Shown: positions 28,890-38,580, counted from the first letter of the stretch. The stretch: DNA of 64,000 nt from an uncultured Rikenellaceae bacterium (GCA_964596715.1 CAZQVL010000001.1:179166-243165), one strand, 5' to 3'. The notes: generated by a model not told the origin, from the letters alone. Made by a program: numbers and translations.

Positions 28890-29912
28890 TTGGTGAAACG
28901 AAGGATAATAAATACAGTTTTCATTTTTCTGGTTTTTCTTTTATCGTGTAGAGAGAAAAAACCAGTTTTTTCAAATTTTACTGGAGTTACTCAGGGTACG
29001 ACTTACAGTATGGTATTTGAAAATACAGGTAATATTACAACAACTGAATTGCAGGCTGAAGTCGAGAAGATTCTTCATGATTTTGATATGTCTCTTTCTC
29101 TATATCAGGATTCTTCAACAGTTTCAAGGATCAATCGCAATGAGCGGATATCTGTTGACTCTTTTTTTCTTGGTGCCTTGAGTAAAGCACAAAATGTATC
29201 TGCAATGACTGATGGAGCATTTGATGTTACTGTCGGGCCTATGGTTAAAGCATGGGGATTTGGTCCGGATGCCCGAAAGAGTTTTACCGAGGCTAAACGC
29301 GATTCTTTAATAAAGCTTGTGGGAATGGAAAAGATTGAAGTGATAAATAACAGGGTAATTAAATCAGATCCGGGTATTATACTCGATTTTAATGCTATTG
29401 CGCAGGGATATTCAGTTGATGTGATTTATAGTTTTTTTGAAAAACTAGGCATAAGCAGTTTCCTTGTAGAAATTGGAGGTGAAGTAAGGGCTAAAGGTGA
29501 TAAGGATGGAAATTACTGGAGAATAGGTATTGACAGACCTGATGATAATAATATGATTCCCGGGAATAACCTGCAGGCAATAATCAGAATAAAAGACAGG
29601 GCACTTGCCACCTCCGGCAATTACAGGAAGTTTTTTGTTGAGAATGGCATAAAATATTCCCACACTATTGATCCCCGTACAGGTTACCCTGCAAAAAACC
29701 GGCTATTAAGTGCTACAATAATAGCTGATGACTGTGCAATTGCTGATGGAATTGCAACTGCCTGCATGGTGATGGGTAAAGATGAAGCTATCCGGTTTAT
29801 CCTTGACAATCCACAGTTTGAGGCTTACCTGATTTTCTCAGATGAAAATGGCTATTTCAAAACATGGATTAGTGAAAGTCTCAAAGCTTATATTTCTGAA
29901 TCTGAAGATTAG
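28890..29912 (+). CDS. apbE: FAD:protein FMN transferase
   Basis: 340 aa, TTG/GTG start, lipoprotein-like LLSC. FDVTVGPMVKAWGFG, TSGNYRKFF and HTIDPRTGYP blocks. Confidence 0.85.
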   Translation: MVKRRIINTVFIFLVFLLSCREKKPVFSNFTGVTQGTTYSMVFENTGNITTTELQAEVEKILHDFDMSLSLYQDSSTVSRINRNERISVDSFFLGALSKAQNVSAMTDGAFDVTVGPMVKAWGFGPDARKSFTEAKRDSLIKLVGMEKIEVINNRVIKSDPGIILDFNAIAQGYSVDVIYSFFEKLGISSFLVEIGGEVRAKGDKDGNYWRIGIDRPDDNNMIPGNNLQAIIRIKDRALATSGNYRKFFVENGIKYSHTIDPRTGYPAKNRLLSATIIADDCAIADGIATACMVMGKDEAIRFILDNPQFEAYLIFSDENGYFKTWISESLKAYISESED

Positions 29913-29950
29913 TAATGTTAAAGTTTGCAGTTTGCAGGTTGTATGCTTGC

Positions 29951-30181
29951 CTATAACATTCTGTCATTACATGTTGGACAACCTGGAAAACCATCTGTAG
30001 AGTGGCAACCGATATCTGTATTTTTGGCACATGTAATTCCTTTTTTTCTCAACTCTTTGTTCCGGCCAACATGTATCTCAGGAAATCTCCCGCGTGATTT
30101 AAAAAGAACTCTTATGCCAAGGCCGACGAATGCAATGATCAGGAAGAGAGCGCTTAATATCATCAGTTTTATAAATACCAC
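29951..30181 (-). CDS. small single-pass Cys-rich membrane protein (possible NqrM-type maturation factor)
   Basis: 76 aa. TM helix LMILSALFLIIAFVGLGI, basic stretch, then C-x7-C-x8-C-x2-C (ITCAKNTDIGCHSTDGFPGCPTC). Convergent with apbE. Confidence 0.5.
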   Translation of the reverse strand: MVFIKLMILSALFLIIAFVGLGIRVLFKSRGRFPEIHVGRNKELRKKGITCAKNTDIGCHSTDGFPGCPTCNDRML

Positions 30182-30342
30182 GGTATATTCTTTTGAATAA
30201 TTTGTAACTTTACAGATAACAGATAGAGGAACCTATTAAATAAGAGAACTTCTTCAAATATACGAATCATTATTCGGTATAAATTAAACAACCTCCTGAA
30301 TATTTTGTTTAATGTTTGGCAGAATTAAATTTCTTAACTGAT

Positions 30343-32754
30343 ATGAAGCAAAACAGTAATCAAGCACCCGCCAATTTGAATAAAGAAACAATACTTTCTG
30401 ACTACCGGCTTGCCAACCTTAGCCGCAACCTGAGTGTTATAGGTCGGCGTGAAGTTCTTTCAGGTAAAGCCAAGTTTGGAATCTTTGGCGATGGGAAAGA
30501 AATAATCCAGATAGCTATGGCTAAGCAGTTCAAAAATGGAGACTGGCGATCAGGTTATTACAGAGATCAGACCTGGATGATGGCAATGGGTCTTTATGAT
30601 GCAGTTGAATTTTTTCATCAGCTTTATGGCAATACCGACAGGGAGATTAACCCTGGTAGCGGAGGCAGGGTTTTCAATAATCATTTTTCAGTTCCGAATA
30701 TTAATCCCGATGGTACATGGCGTGATCTCACAAAACAGAAGAACTCTTCATCGGATATCTCTCCTACAGCAGGACAAATGCCAAGATTGTTGGGATTAGC
30801 CTATGCATCAAAATTATTTCGTCAGAATAAAAACCTTCATCAGTTTAAAACACTGTCCTTACAGGGGAATGAGGTTGCTTTCGGTTCCATAGGCGATGCC
30901 AGTACGTCCGAAGGTCATTTCTGGGAAACGATAAATGCAGCTGGGGTTCTGCAGGTCCCCTTAGCTGTTTCGGTTTATGATGATGGTTATGGTATATCTG
31001 TTCCCAAAAAATATCAGACCACAAAGGGAAGTATATCCGATATATTGAGAGGATTTGAAAATGAACCGGGTAAGCCCGGCATCCTGATTTATAAGTTCAA
31101 GGGATGGGATTATCCGGGGCTTGTTAAGATGTATGAGGAAGGTATTGAGATTTGCCGCAGAGATCATATACCGGTAGTCTTCCATATAGAGGAAGTAACA
31201 CAACCGCTTGGTCACTCCACTTCGGGCTCACATGAAAGGTATAAAAACGATGAAAGGCTAAAGTGGGAAGAGGAATATGATCCCATTAGAAAAATGAGGG
31301 ATTGGATAATAAATCAGGGGATTGCTTCAGGTGATATACTGGATAAGATTGCTTCAGAAGCCGAAGAGGAAGCAAAGGAATCAAAGAAGAAGGCTTGGGA
31401 AATGTTTCAGGATCCTATCAGGATTGAGCGGGATGCACTGGTTAAAATAATAGGAGACCGTAAATGTACTTGTAGTGAGGAAGTTAAGGAGGAGACTGTC
31501 GATAAGATAACCGATGATCTCAGAAAAGTCCTTTCGCCCATCAGAAAGGATAATTTTATGGCTGCAAGAAAAATACTCAGGAATGTTTGTAATTCATGTC
31601 TGGTCGCTGATAGTCTTAATGAAGAGTTACATGGATGGCTCAAACGTAATTATGAGGATGCAGAAAAAAGTTATAATACCTTTCTTTATAACGAGACTCC
31701 AACTTCAGTATTAAATGTATTGCCGGTACCTCCGCAGTACTCTGAAAATTCACCTGAAGTGCCGGGCAGACAGATCTTAAGGGATAATTATAACAAACTT
31801 TTTGAAAAATATCCTCTGCTCGTTACATTTGGAGAGGATACGGGTTATATAGGAGGTGTAAACCAGTCGCTTGAGGGACTACAGAAGAAATACGGAGAGC
31901 TTCGGATAACAGATACAGGGATCAGGGAGGCAACTATTCTTGGTCAGGGTATTGGGTTGGCTTTAAGGGGAATGAGGCCTATTGCCGAAATTCAGTATCT
32001 CGATTACCTTATGTATGCTTTGCAGATACTCAGTGATGATCTTGCCACAACTCATTACAGGACTGTGGGCAGAATGATAGCACCGTTGATCATCAGTACT
32101 CGCGGACACCGGCTTGAGGGAATATGGCATTCAGGCTCACCGATGAGTATGCTGATCAATTCAGTAAGAGGTGTATACGTTTGTGCACCCAGAGATATGA
32201 CACGGGCAGCCGGATTTTATAACACATTGCTTGAAGGCATGGATCCTGCAATTGTGATTGAGCCGCTCAACGGTTACAGGCTAAAAGAAAGAATGCCTGA
32301 CAATATAGGGGAATATCGTATTCAGCTCGGCATTCCCGATGTACTGAACGAAGGGACCGACCTGACCATAGTAACTTACGGATCAACAGTAAGAATAGCT
32401 TTAGAAGCTATCAGACAACTTGCATTCCACGATATTTATGTAGAACTGATTGATGTACAAACACTTGTTCCATTCGATACAAACAGGATTATACTTGAAT
32501 CTTTAAAGAAAACAAACAGGGTGCTGTTCCTTGATGAAGATGTTCCCGGCGGTACAACCGCATTCATGATGCAGGAAGTGCTTGAAAAACAGGATGGCTG
32601 GCATTTTCTGGATAGTCCTCCGGCAACCCTTACTGCAAAAGAACATCGTCCGGCCTATACTACTGATGGTGATTACTTTTCAAAACCAAATGCGGAAGAC
32701 ATCTTTGATAAAGTATACGAAATAATGAGGGAGGCTGTTCCGGAAAAGTACTAA
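30343..32754 (+). CDS. 2-oxoacid dehydrogenase E1 component, fused alpha/beta subunits
   Basis: About 803 aa from ATG 30343. N-terminal half is like the TPP-binding alpha subunit and the C-terminal half like the transketolase-type beta subunit (ITDTGIREATILGQGIGLA). Confidence 0.75.
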   Translation: MKQNSNQAPANLNKETILSDYRLANLSRNLSVIGRREVLSGKAKFGIFGDGKEIIQIAMAKQFKNGDWRSGYYRDQTWMMAMGLYDAVEFFHQLYGNTDREINPGSGGRVFNNHFSVPNINPDGTWRDLTKQKNSSSDISPTAGQMPRLLGLAYASKLFRQNKNLHQFKTLSLQGNEVAFGSIGDASTSEGHFWETINAAGVLQVPLAVSVYDDGYGISVPKKYQTTKGSISDILRGFENEPGKPGILIYKFKGWDYPGLVKMYEEGIEICRRDHIPVVFHIEEVTQPLGHSTSGSHERYKNDERLKWEEEYDPIRKMRDWIINQGIASGDILDKIASEAEEEAKESKKKAWEMFQDPIRIERDALVKIIGDRKCTCSEEVKEETVDKITDDLRKVLSPIRKDNFMAARKILRNVCNSCLVADSLNEELHGWLKRNYEDAEKSYNTFLYNETPTSVLNVLPVPPQYSENSPEVPGRQILRDNYNKLFEKYPLLVTFGEDTGYIGGVNQSLEGLQKKYGELRITDTGIREATILGQGIGLALRGMRPIAEIQYLDYLMYALQILSDDLATTHYRTVGRMIAPLIISTRGHRLEGIWHSGSPMSMLINSVRGVYVCAPRDMTRAAGFYNTLLEGMDPAIVIEPLNGYRLKERMPDNIGEYRIQLGIPDVLNEGTDLTIVTYGSTVRIALEAIRQLAFHDIYVELIDVQTLVPFDTNRIILESLKKTNRVLFLDEDVPGGTTAFMMQEVLEKQDGWHFLDSPPATLTAKEHRPAYTTDGDYFSKPNAEDIFDKVYEIMREAVPEKY

Positions 32755-32768
32755 CCGTTTTAGCCCCC

Positions 32769-32804
32769 CTGGCCTCGTTGGCCCCGTTGGCCCTCCTGGC
32801 CTCC
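32769..32804. repeat. 9-bp tandem repeat YTGGCCYYS x4
   Basis: ctggcctcg ttggccccg ttggccctc ctggcctcc, starting 15 nt after the E1 stop, followed by CCCTGAAGGGGGA. Confidence 0.7.
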
Positions 32805-33030
32805 CTGAAGGGGGACCAAAAATATGAAATTATTCTTTTGATAATTTGTTTTAATTTAGTTTTTTTACTGTTCATTTAGCAGTTTTAATATTTCGGAATA
32901 ATAAAAATGTGTAAATTGTAACGGTTTTTACTAACAAACTGAACCTTCATGTTTTGAAATACATATGACTTTAAGGAAAAAATCATCAAAACATGTAGGC
33001 AGGTAATCCGGTCTTAATTTTTTTTTGCGG

Positions 33031-33621
33031 ATGAAAACAGAGCTCGACTTATTTGCCATATTACCTGGAGATAAGATACCGGAGAAAGGAAAGATACTGA
33101 TTTCCGAACCCTTTCTGCCTGATACCTTTTTTAACCGTAGTATAGTCTATCTGACTGAACATACTCCGGAAGGTTCAGTAGGTTTTATACTTAACAAAAA
33201 ACTGGATATTAAAATCAGTGATGCTGTTAACGGTTTTGAGGGATGGAATGAGAACCTTAATATGGGTGGGCCTGTTGCACCGGATACTCTTCATTATCTT
33301 CATAGTCTGGGAAAAATGATTCCCAAAAGCGTCAGGATTGATGATAATATTTACTGGGGAGGTGATATTGATACAATTAGGAAGTTGATAAAGTCGGGAA
33401 CAATAAAACAATCTCAGATCAGGTTCTTTCTTGGCTATTCGGGATGGTCAGCGGGACAACTGGACCGTGAACTAAAGGAAAACTCCTGGGTTATACTGAA
33501 AGTTAAATCTGAGGTGGTAATGAACAGCAGGGGTATTGATACCTGGAAACGGGTGCTAAGAAGTTTTAAGAATAAATACAGGATGTGGGCTGATTTTCCC
33601 GAATCACCCGAAATGAACTAA
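33031..33621 (+). CDS. YqgE/AlgH family protein
   Basis: About 196 aa. GKILISEPFL...FNRSIVYLTEH...GSVGFILNK and GYSGWSAGQLDRE blocks. Confidence 0.75.
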   Translation: MKTELDLFAILPGDKIPEKGKILISEPFLPDTFFNRSIVYLTEHTPEGSVGFILNKKLDIKISDAVNGFEGWNENLNMGGPVAPDTLHYLHSLGKMIPKSVRIDDNIYWGGDIDTIRKLIKSGTIKQSQIRFFLGYSGWSAGQLDRELKENSWVILKVKSEVVMNSRGIDTWKRVLRSFKNKYRMWADFPESPEMN

Positions 33622-33748
33622 TTTATACATCATTCAGATTAGTATCGATTAAGAAATTTTTCCGATGTAATTACAAACTACGCTGCGCTTATAGATCTAA
33701 ATATAAAACCAAAACGCTGAGCGTAGTTTTTAAGTACACTCAGATAGG

Positions 33749-34759
33749 TTAGATATGTAATATTTTGTACACCAGTTCTTTCAGCAGGTCTCCTGGTTCT
33801 GTTCCCGGATCACCGTAACCTTTTGATTTCATGTCGTATGTTCGCAGCAGGTTTATGATCTGCACTGTTTTTGACACATTGTATTTCATCGCTGACGACT
33901 CATAATCCTTTACAAAGTATGGATTGATTTTAAGAGCTGCAGCAACATTGTTTTTTGACCTGTCGGTCAGGTAATGGTATGTAAGTAATTTACTGAAAAA
34001 ACTGAAAAGCGAGGCGATTGTTAATGTAATTGGATTGTCTTTGGGATTGTTGGAAAAATAACGGACAATCATATTTGCTTTAAGAATATTTTTATCACCA
34101 ATTGCTTTTTGTAACTCAAAATTATTATAGTCTTTACTGATACCTATGTTTTTCTCAATCAGTGAGGTGGTGATGACCGGCTTTCCTGTTGGAAGAGTAA
34201 TTATCAGCTTATCCAGTTCGTTAACAATTTTATGGAGGTCGGTTCCCAGATATTCAGTAAGCATAGCACTGGCATTTGGATCAGTCTTAATACCTCTTGT
34301 CATCAGATATCTTTCAATCCAACCCGGAATCTGGTAATCACGTAATTTAACAGATTCAAAGTAGACTGCCTGGTTATCAAGTACTTTAAAGAGTTTTGTC
34401 CTTTTGTCGAGTGTTTTGTATTTATAATTGATTACCAGTATGGTTGACAAAAGCGGATTCCCAAGGTATAAGATCAGATCTTCGATTTTTCTTAAAGTCT
34501 GTGCTTCCTTTATGATCACAACCTGGTGAGTTGACATCATTGGGAAACTTCGGGCAATCTCGATTATTTCGTGGATGGTTGTATCATCACCATAAATTAT
34601 AACCTGGTTAAAAGATTTTTCCGCATCTGACAGGACATTTTCTTCAATATAGTAAGTTATAAGGTCTATATAGTATGGTTCCTCACCAGCCAGAAAGTAA
34701 ACCGGTTTAAAAATCCGTTTCTTCAGATCAGAGATTATCTCTTCGTATGTGGTTGCCAT
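33749..34759 (-). CDS. holA: DNA polymerase III subunit delta
   Basis: 336 aa. KPVYFLAGEEPYYID N-terminus and overall HolA-like organisation. Confidence 0.75.
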   Translation of the reverse strand: MATTYEEIISDLKKRIFKPVYFLAGEEPYYIDLITYYIEENVLSDAEKSFNQVIIYGDDTTIHEIIEIARSFPMMSTHQVVIIKEAQTLRKIEDLILYLGNPLLSTILVINYKYKTLDKRTKLFKVLDNQAVYFESVKLRDYQIPGWIERYLMTRGIKTDPNASAMLTEYLGTDLHKIVNELDKLIITLPTGKPVITTSLIEKNIGISKDYNNFELQKAIGDKNILKANMIVRYFSNNPKDNPITLTIASLFSFFSKLLTYHYLTDRSKNNVAAALKINPYFVKDYESSAMKYNVSKTVQIINLLRTYDMKSKGYGDPGTEPGDLLKELVYKILHI

Positions 34760-34761
34760 AT

Positions 34762-35544
34762 TCAGAATCTGAGGTGTTTAACCGATATTGCATTATCTTT
34801 GATCTCTCTAAGTGCGTCAATGCCAATCTTAAGGTGTATTTCAACATATTTATCTGTTACTTTCCGGTCACTTATCTCGGTTTTAATCCCGGTCGAGATC
34901 ATGGGTTGATCGGAAACCAGAAGCAATGCACCTGTGGGGATTTCATTGGCAAAACCAACAGTAAAAATTGTCGCAGTTTCCATATCAATCGCCATGGTCC
35001 TTGTCTTTACAAGGTATTTTTTGAACCTGTCGTCGTACTCCCAAACCCTTCTGTTGGTAGTATATACAGTGCCGGTCCAGTATTCTTTTTTATGTTTGGT
35101 AATTGATGCAGAGATAGCGCTCTGTAGTTTAAATGCAGGAAGTGCCGGTACTTCAAGCGGAAGATAATCATTGGAAGTACCGTCACTGCGGATGGCAGCT
35201 ATCGGAAGGATCAGATCACCAAGCTTATTCTTTTTTTTAAGACCACCACATTTTCCGAGAAATAAAACCGCATTAGGAGCTACTGCACTCAGTAAATCCA
35301 TAATTGTTGCTGCATTCGGGCTGCCCATTCCAAAGTTGATAATAGTTATTCCCTCCGCTGTTGCACTTGGCATATTTTTGTTTTTACCTTCAACAGGAAC
35401 ATTATGCCAGTTTGCAAACAATTCAACATAATATAGATAGTTGGTCAGAAGAAAATATTTGCCGAAACTCTCAAGTGTTCTTCCGGTATACCTTGGGAGC
35501 CAGTTATTAACAATATCTTCTTTGGTTTTCATATCTTGCTTCAA
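34762..35544 (-). CDS. AMP nucleosidase (short form) / nucleoside phosphorylase family
   Basis: 260 aa. WLPRYTG, ITIINFGMGSPNAATIMD, GKCGGL and AIDMETA blocks of the PNP/UDP-1 fold. Confidence 0.65.
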   Translation of the reverse strand: MKQDMKTKEDIVNNWLPRYTGRTLESFGKYFLLTNYLYYVELFANWHNVPVEGKNKNMPSATAEGITIINFGMGSPNAATIMDLLSAVAPNAVLFLGKCGGLKKKNKLGDLILPIAAIRSDGTSNDYLPLEVPALPAFKLQSAISASITKHKKEYWTGTVYTTNRRVWEYDDRFKKYLVKTRTMAIDMETATIFTVGFANEIPTGALLLVSDQPMISTGIKTEISDRKVTDKYVEIHLKIGIDALREIKDNAISVKHLRF

Positions 35545-35583
35545 GTTGAAATTATCTCAATATATTTGTAAGCGGACAATTTT

Positions 35584-35677
35584 GCTTTGTGAGCCTTCTG
35601 TCATGTTTTCAGTGCCTTTAGGGTTAAATCCATTTTACCACAAAATAACACAAAGTACATCACAAAGGTGCACAAAG
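35584..35677. repeat. CACAAAG-variant long imperfect palindrome, copy 3 (degenerate)
   Basis: Left arm CTTTGTGAGCCTTCTGTCATG... and right arm ...CACAAAGTACATCACAAAGGTGCACAAAG, in the divergent intergenic region. Confidence 0.5.
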
Positions 35678-35735
35678 TAATTATTGAAGGAGGAATACTG
35701 TTTAGAAACCTCATTTTCAAAAGTACAAAACTAAG

Positions 35736-36191
35736 TTGAAAGAGTTAAATCTGCCTTCATATTCATTCAGGATAACCGGAGAGGAAGGATCAGAGATGAT
35801 TTTTGATCCATTAAGGAAGCAATATGTAAGGCTCACCGATGAGGAATGGGTACGGCAGAATTTTGTACAGTACCTGATTCACGAAGGAAATTACCCGGCA
35901 GGACTTATAATTATAGAAGCTTCTATTGGTCTCTACAGGACAAAGAAAAGGGTAGACATTCTTGTCCACGATCGTTCCGGTAAGCCTGCCATGATAGTTG
36001 AATGTAAATCAACTGAAGTAAAGCTAAATGATGAAGTATTTGAACAGATAGCCACATATAACTTACAGTTCAGGGTACCTTATCTTGTTGTTACAAATGG
36101 CATTGTTCATTATGCCTGCAAAATGGACTATGAAAACAAGGAATTTGAATATTTGCTTGTTATACCTCTTTATGAAGATTTGTTAACTTAA
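35736..36191 (+). CDS. type I restriction enzyme HsdR N-terminal-domain protein (stand-alone)
   Basis: 151 aa, TTG start. IFDPLRKQYVRLTDEEWVRQNFVQYLI and DILV...MIVECK are typical of the small PD-(D/E)xK-like HsdR_N family. Confidence 0.6.
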   Translation: MKELNLPSYSFRITGEEGSEMIFDPLRKQYVRLTDEEWVRQNFVQYLIHEGNYPAGLIIIEASIGLYRTKKRVDILVHDRSGKPAMIVECKSTEVKLNDEVFEQIATYNLQFRVPYLVVTNGIVHYACKMDYENKEFEYLLVIPLYEDLLT

Positions 36192-36200
36192 ATTAGTAAT

Positions 36201-37196
36201 ATGCTCAGTGTAACCTGTGCAGTAATAAGAAATGAGGATAATGAGGTTCTGGTCGTGCAGAGAGGGGAGAAGACTGACCATCCTTTAAAATGGGAGTTCC
36301 CGGGAGGTAAGCTTATTTCCGGAGAGTCTGATGAAGATTGCATTTTACGTGAAATAAGAGAGGAATTGTCTTTAGAGATAATCATCTGTAAAAGACTTGC
36401 TCCTGTTTTACATGACTATGGTCATAAACAAATAACACTCATTCCGTTTATCTGTGATACACTGGATGAAGTGCCGGTATTATCTGAACATGTTGATTAC
36501 AAATGGATATCGCCTGAACATCTCAGTTCATTAGATTTTTCTGAGGCAGATATTGTTGTGGCCCAGCAGTATCTCAATTGTGTTAATAAATTAACAGTTA
36601 CAAAAGAGGAAATTACGGAGACAGATCAGCCTTTGACAGAGGACAAAGAACTTCAGAGGATGATTAACAGTATGATAAGTATAAAAGAGGTCGATTGGGT
36701 GGCAACATCGGCTATTGAAAATTCTGTAATTTTTCGTAAACTTCTTGATTATTCTTTTAGTAAAGATAAAAAACTTGCTTTCCGGGCTTCATGGACACTG
36801 ACCAAAGTCTGTGACAAGTTTCCTGAAATGATTTATCCGTGGCTGACCAGGATTATAGAAGAATTGCCGCGGATTGACAATGAGAGTGTTCAGAGGTCAT
36901 TTCTGCGGATACTCTCTTTTGCTGATTTGCAGCAAATAAACCAGAGGTATCATGGGATTCTTGCGGATTATTGTTTTAATACTCTGAACTCAGGTTATTC
37001 AACTATAGCAGCAAAAGCTTATTCTATGGAAATTCTGTATAAACTTGCAAAGTTATATCCGGAGCTGGCCAATGAGCTTGCTACATCAATAAGTATGCTT
37101 CGGGGAGAGGGCTCCGCCGGGATAATTGCGCGAGGCAGAATTATTCTTAAGAAGCTTGCGGAAATCAGTTCAAATCAAGGATCCAGTCAGAAATAA
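36201..37196 (+). CDS. NUDIX (MutT-like) hydrolase fused to a helical-repeat C-terminal domain
   Basis: 331 aa. Nudix box GGKLISGESDEDCILREIREELSLEI in residues 1-130. Residues about 150-331 are all-helical and HEAT/AlkD-like by eye. Confidence 0.65.
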   Translation: MLSVTCAVIRNEDNEVLVVQRGEKTDHPLKWEFPGGKLISGESDEDCILREIREELSLEIIICKRLAPVLHDYGHKQITLIPFICDTLDEVPVLSEHVDYKWISPEHLSSLDFSEADIVVAQQYLNCVNKLTVTKEEITETDQPLTEDKELQRMINSMISIKEVDWVATSAIENSVIFRKLLDYSFSKDKKLAFRASWTLTKVCDKFPEMIYPWLTRIIEELPRIDNESVQRSFLRILSFADLQQINQRYHGILADYCFNTLNSGYSTIAAKAYSMEILYKLAKLYPELANELATSISMLRGEGSAGIIARGRIILKKLAEISSNQGSSQK

Positions 37197-38580
37197 TCTT
37201 AAGTACTTCCGGGGAAAAGGTCTCTTCTATTTCTCCGTATTCTGTCGGCAGCCCTGTTTCGCAATGCTGGAATAAATGGTTCAGTCCGGGCAGACTAATT
37301 GTTTCCACGGACTTGTTACCTCCTTTTCTTAAACTTTTCTCAATTGCCGGCAGATTAACATCAGCTACAACCTGAAGATCTTTTTCTCCGTTCAGAGCCA
37401 GCACAGGGCATTTAACTTTTTTCCAGTAAGTTGCCGGATCAGTAATGATAAAATATCTAAACCATGTATATGACATCTTGTTAAATATTGTTGCTAACTG
37501 CTTGATACTTTTTTCAATATCCTCTGGTGAAGTCTTTTTCTTCATAAGGATTTTTTTATACACGGCATTAATTTTTTCTTCGGCCTTATCATTATCAGGC
37601 TCTTTTTTAAGAACTGCAAAAAGCTTCTTATTTGTAGCAATAGCCTCTTTTATCTCTTTTTCCCCCATTCCCATAGCCTTGCTAATATCACTGTTTTGCC
37701 TGTGAATAATTTCTTCTCCTTTAACACCGGTACCTGCAAGGGATACAATAAATGCTATCTCATAGTTTGATGAAGCAACAATAGGTGCTATAAGTCCTCC
37801 TTCGCTGTGGCCAATCAGCCCGATGGTTTCATGATCTATTTCCGGTCTTGATTTCAGATAAATGAAGGCAGCTTCTGCATCGGTAGCAAGGTCGGCCGTC
37901 GTGGCGGTTACAGCATTACCCTGAGATAAGCCAACACCCCTGTCATCGTAACGAAAAACTGCAATTCCATTGCGGGTAAGATAATCAGATAGTACCAGGA
38001 ATGGTTTATGCCCCAATAATTCCTCGTTCCTGTTTTGAGAACCTGATCCTGTTATCAGGACTACAGCAGGGAACGGACCATCACCTTCAGGAACTGTAAG
38101 GGTTCCGGCAAGCTTTATGTTGAATTTATCATTTGTGAAAGTGATCTCCTCTGAGATGTACGGAAATGGTGGTTTTGGTTCCTGGGGTCTGTTAATCGTA
38201 AATATATCTCTCAGCCTGGTAAGGTTCAATGTAAATGTCCTTCCTGCCTGAGTCCATTTTCCTTCAATTATTGTGTCGTTTTTAATTTTGCCGTTATATT
38301 CTGCAAGAAGAGCCCCGGCGGAGATATTAATACTATCACCGGTAAGGGTCACAGGGCCGAGTTTAATATTCTTCGCACCCTGGTCTGGACTGTCCATAGT
38401 TGCTACAAGACTGTCATTTTCAATAACTGACAGGTTGAAAACAACCCTCAGGGAGATGGCTGAAACCTCTATTTTTCCAAGCCATGAGCCTGTAATAGAT
38501 TGTTTATCAATATGATATTGTGCTAAAGTATGCTGTTGAATCAGGATGATTAAGGCAATAATGGCAAGATGTTTTTTCAT
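37165..38580 (-). CDS. secreted alpha/beta hydrolase
   Basis: 471 aa with a signal peptide. Nucleophile elbow GHSEGG. 32-nt convergent overlap with the NUDIX fusion gene. Confidence 0.7.
   Translation of the reverse strand: MKKHLAIIALIILIQQHTLAQYHIDKQSITGSWLGKIEVSAISLRVVFNLSVIENDSLVATMDSPDQGAKNIKLGPVTLTGDSINISAGALLAEYNGKIKNDTIIEGKWTQAGRTFTLNLTRLRDIFTINRPQEPKPPFPYISEEITFTNDKFNIKLAGTLTVPEGDGPFPAVVLITGSGSQNRNEELLGHKPFLVLSDYLTRNGIAVFRYDDRGVGLSQGNAVTATTADLATDAEAAFIYLKSRPEIDHETIGLIGHSEGGLIAPIVASSNYEIAFIVSLAGTGVKGEEIIHRQNSDISKAMGMGEKEIKEAIATNKKLFAVLKKEPDNDKAEEKINAVYKKILMKKKTSPEDIEKSIKQLATIFNKMSYTWFRYFIITDPATYWKKVKCPVLALNGEKDLQVVADVNLPAIEKSLRKGGNKSVETISLPGLNHLFQHCETGLPTEYGEIEETFSPEVLKIISDWILDLN

Noticed and set aside
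29925-30200. 91-aa plus-strand ORF overlapping the small Cys-rich ORF
   Set aside because: It has no TM/Cys organisation and no plausible start context. The minus-strand 76-aa ORF gives a coherent membrane-anchor plus four-Cys architecture, so I preferred it. Neither is proven.
32660-32875. 71-aa minus ORF (…FREARRANGANEARGAK…), and a Gly-X-Y-like reading of the 9-mer repeat
   Set aside because: It overlaps the 3' end of the E1 gene, and its repeat-derived residues reflect the 9-bp DNA repeat. There is no start or signal context supporting a collagen-like peptide.
33675-33729. AAACTACGCT … AGCGTAGTTT 10-bp inverted repeat followed by T's, between yqgE and holA, as a terminator
   Set aside because: The loop is about 35 nt and AT-rich, which is atypical for an intrinsic terminator. 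I could not decide between a terminator, a small RNA and chance, so it is not listed as a feature.
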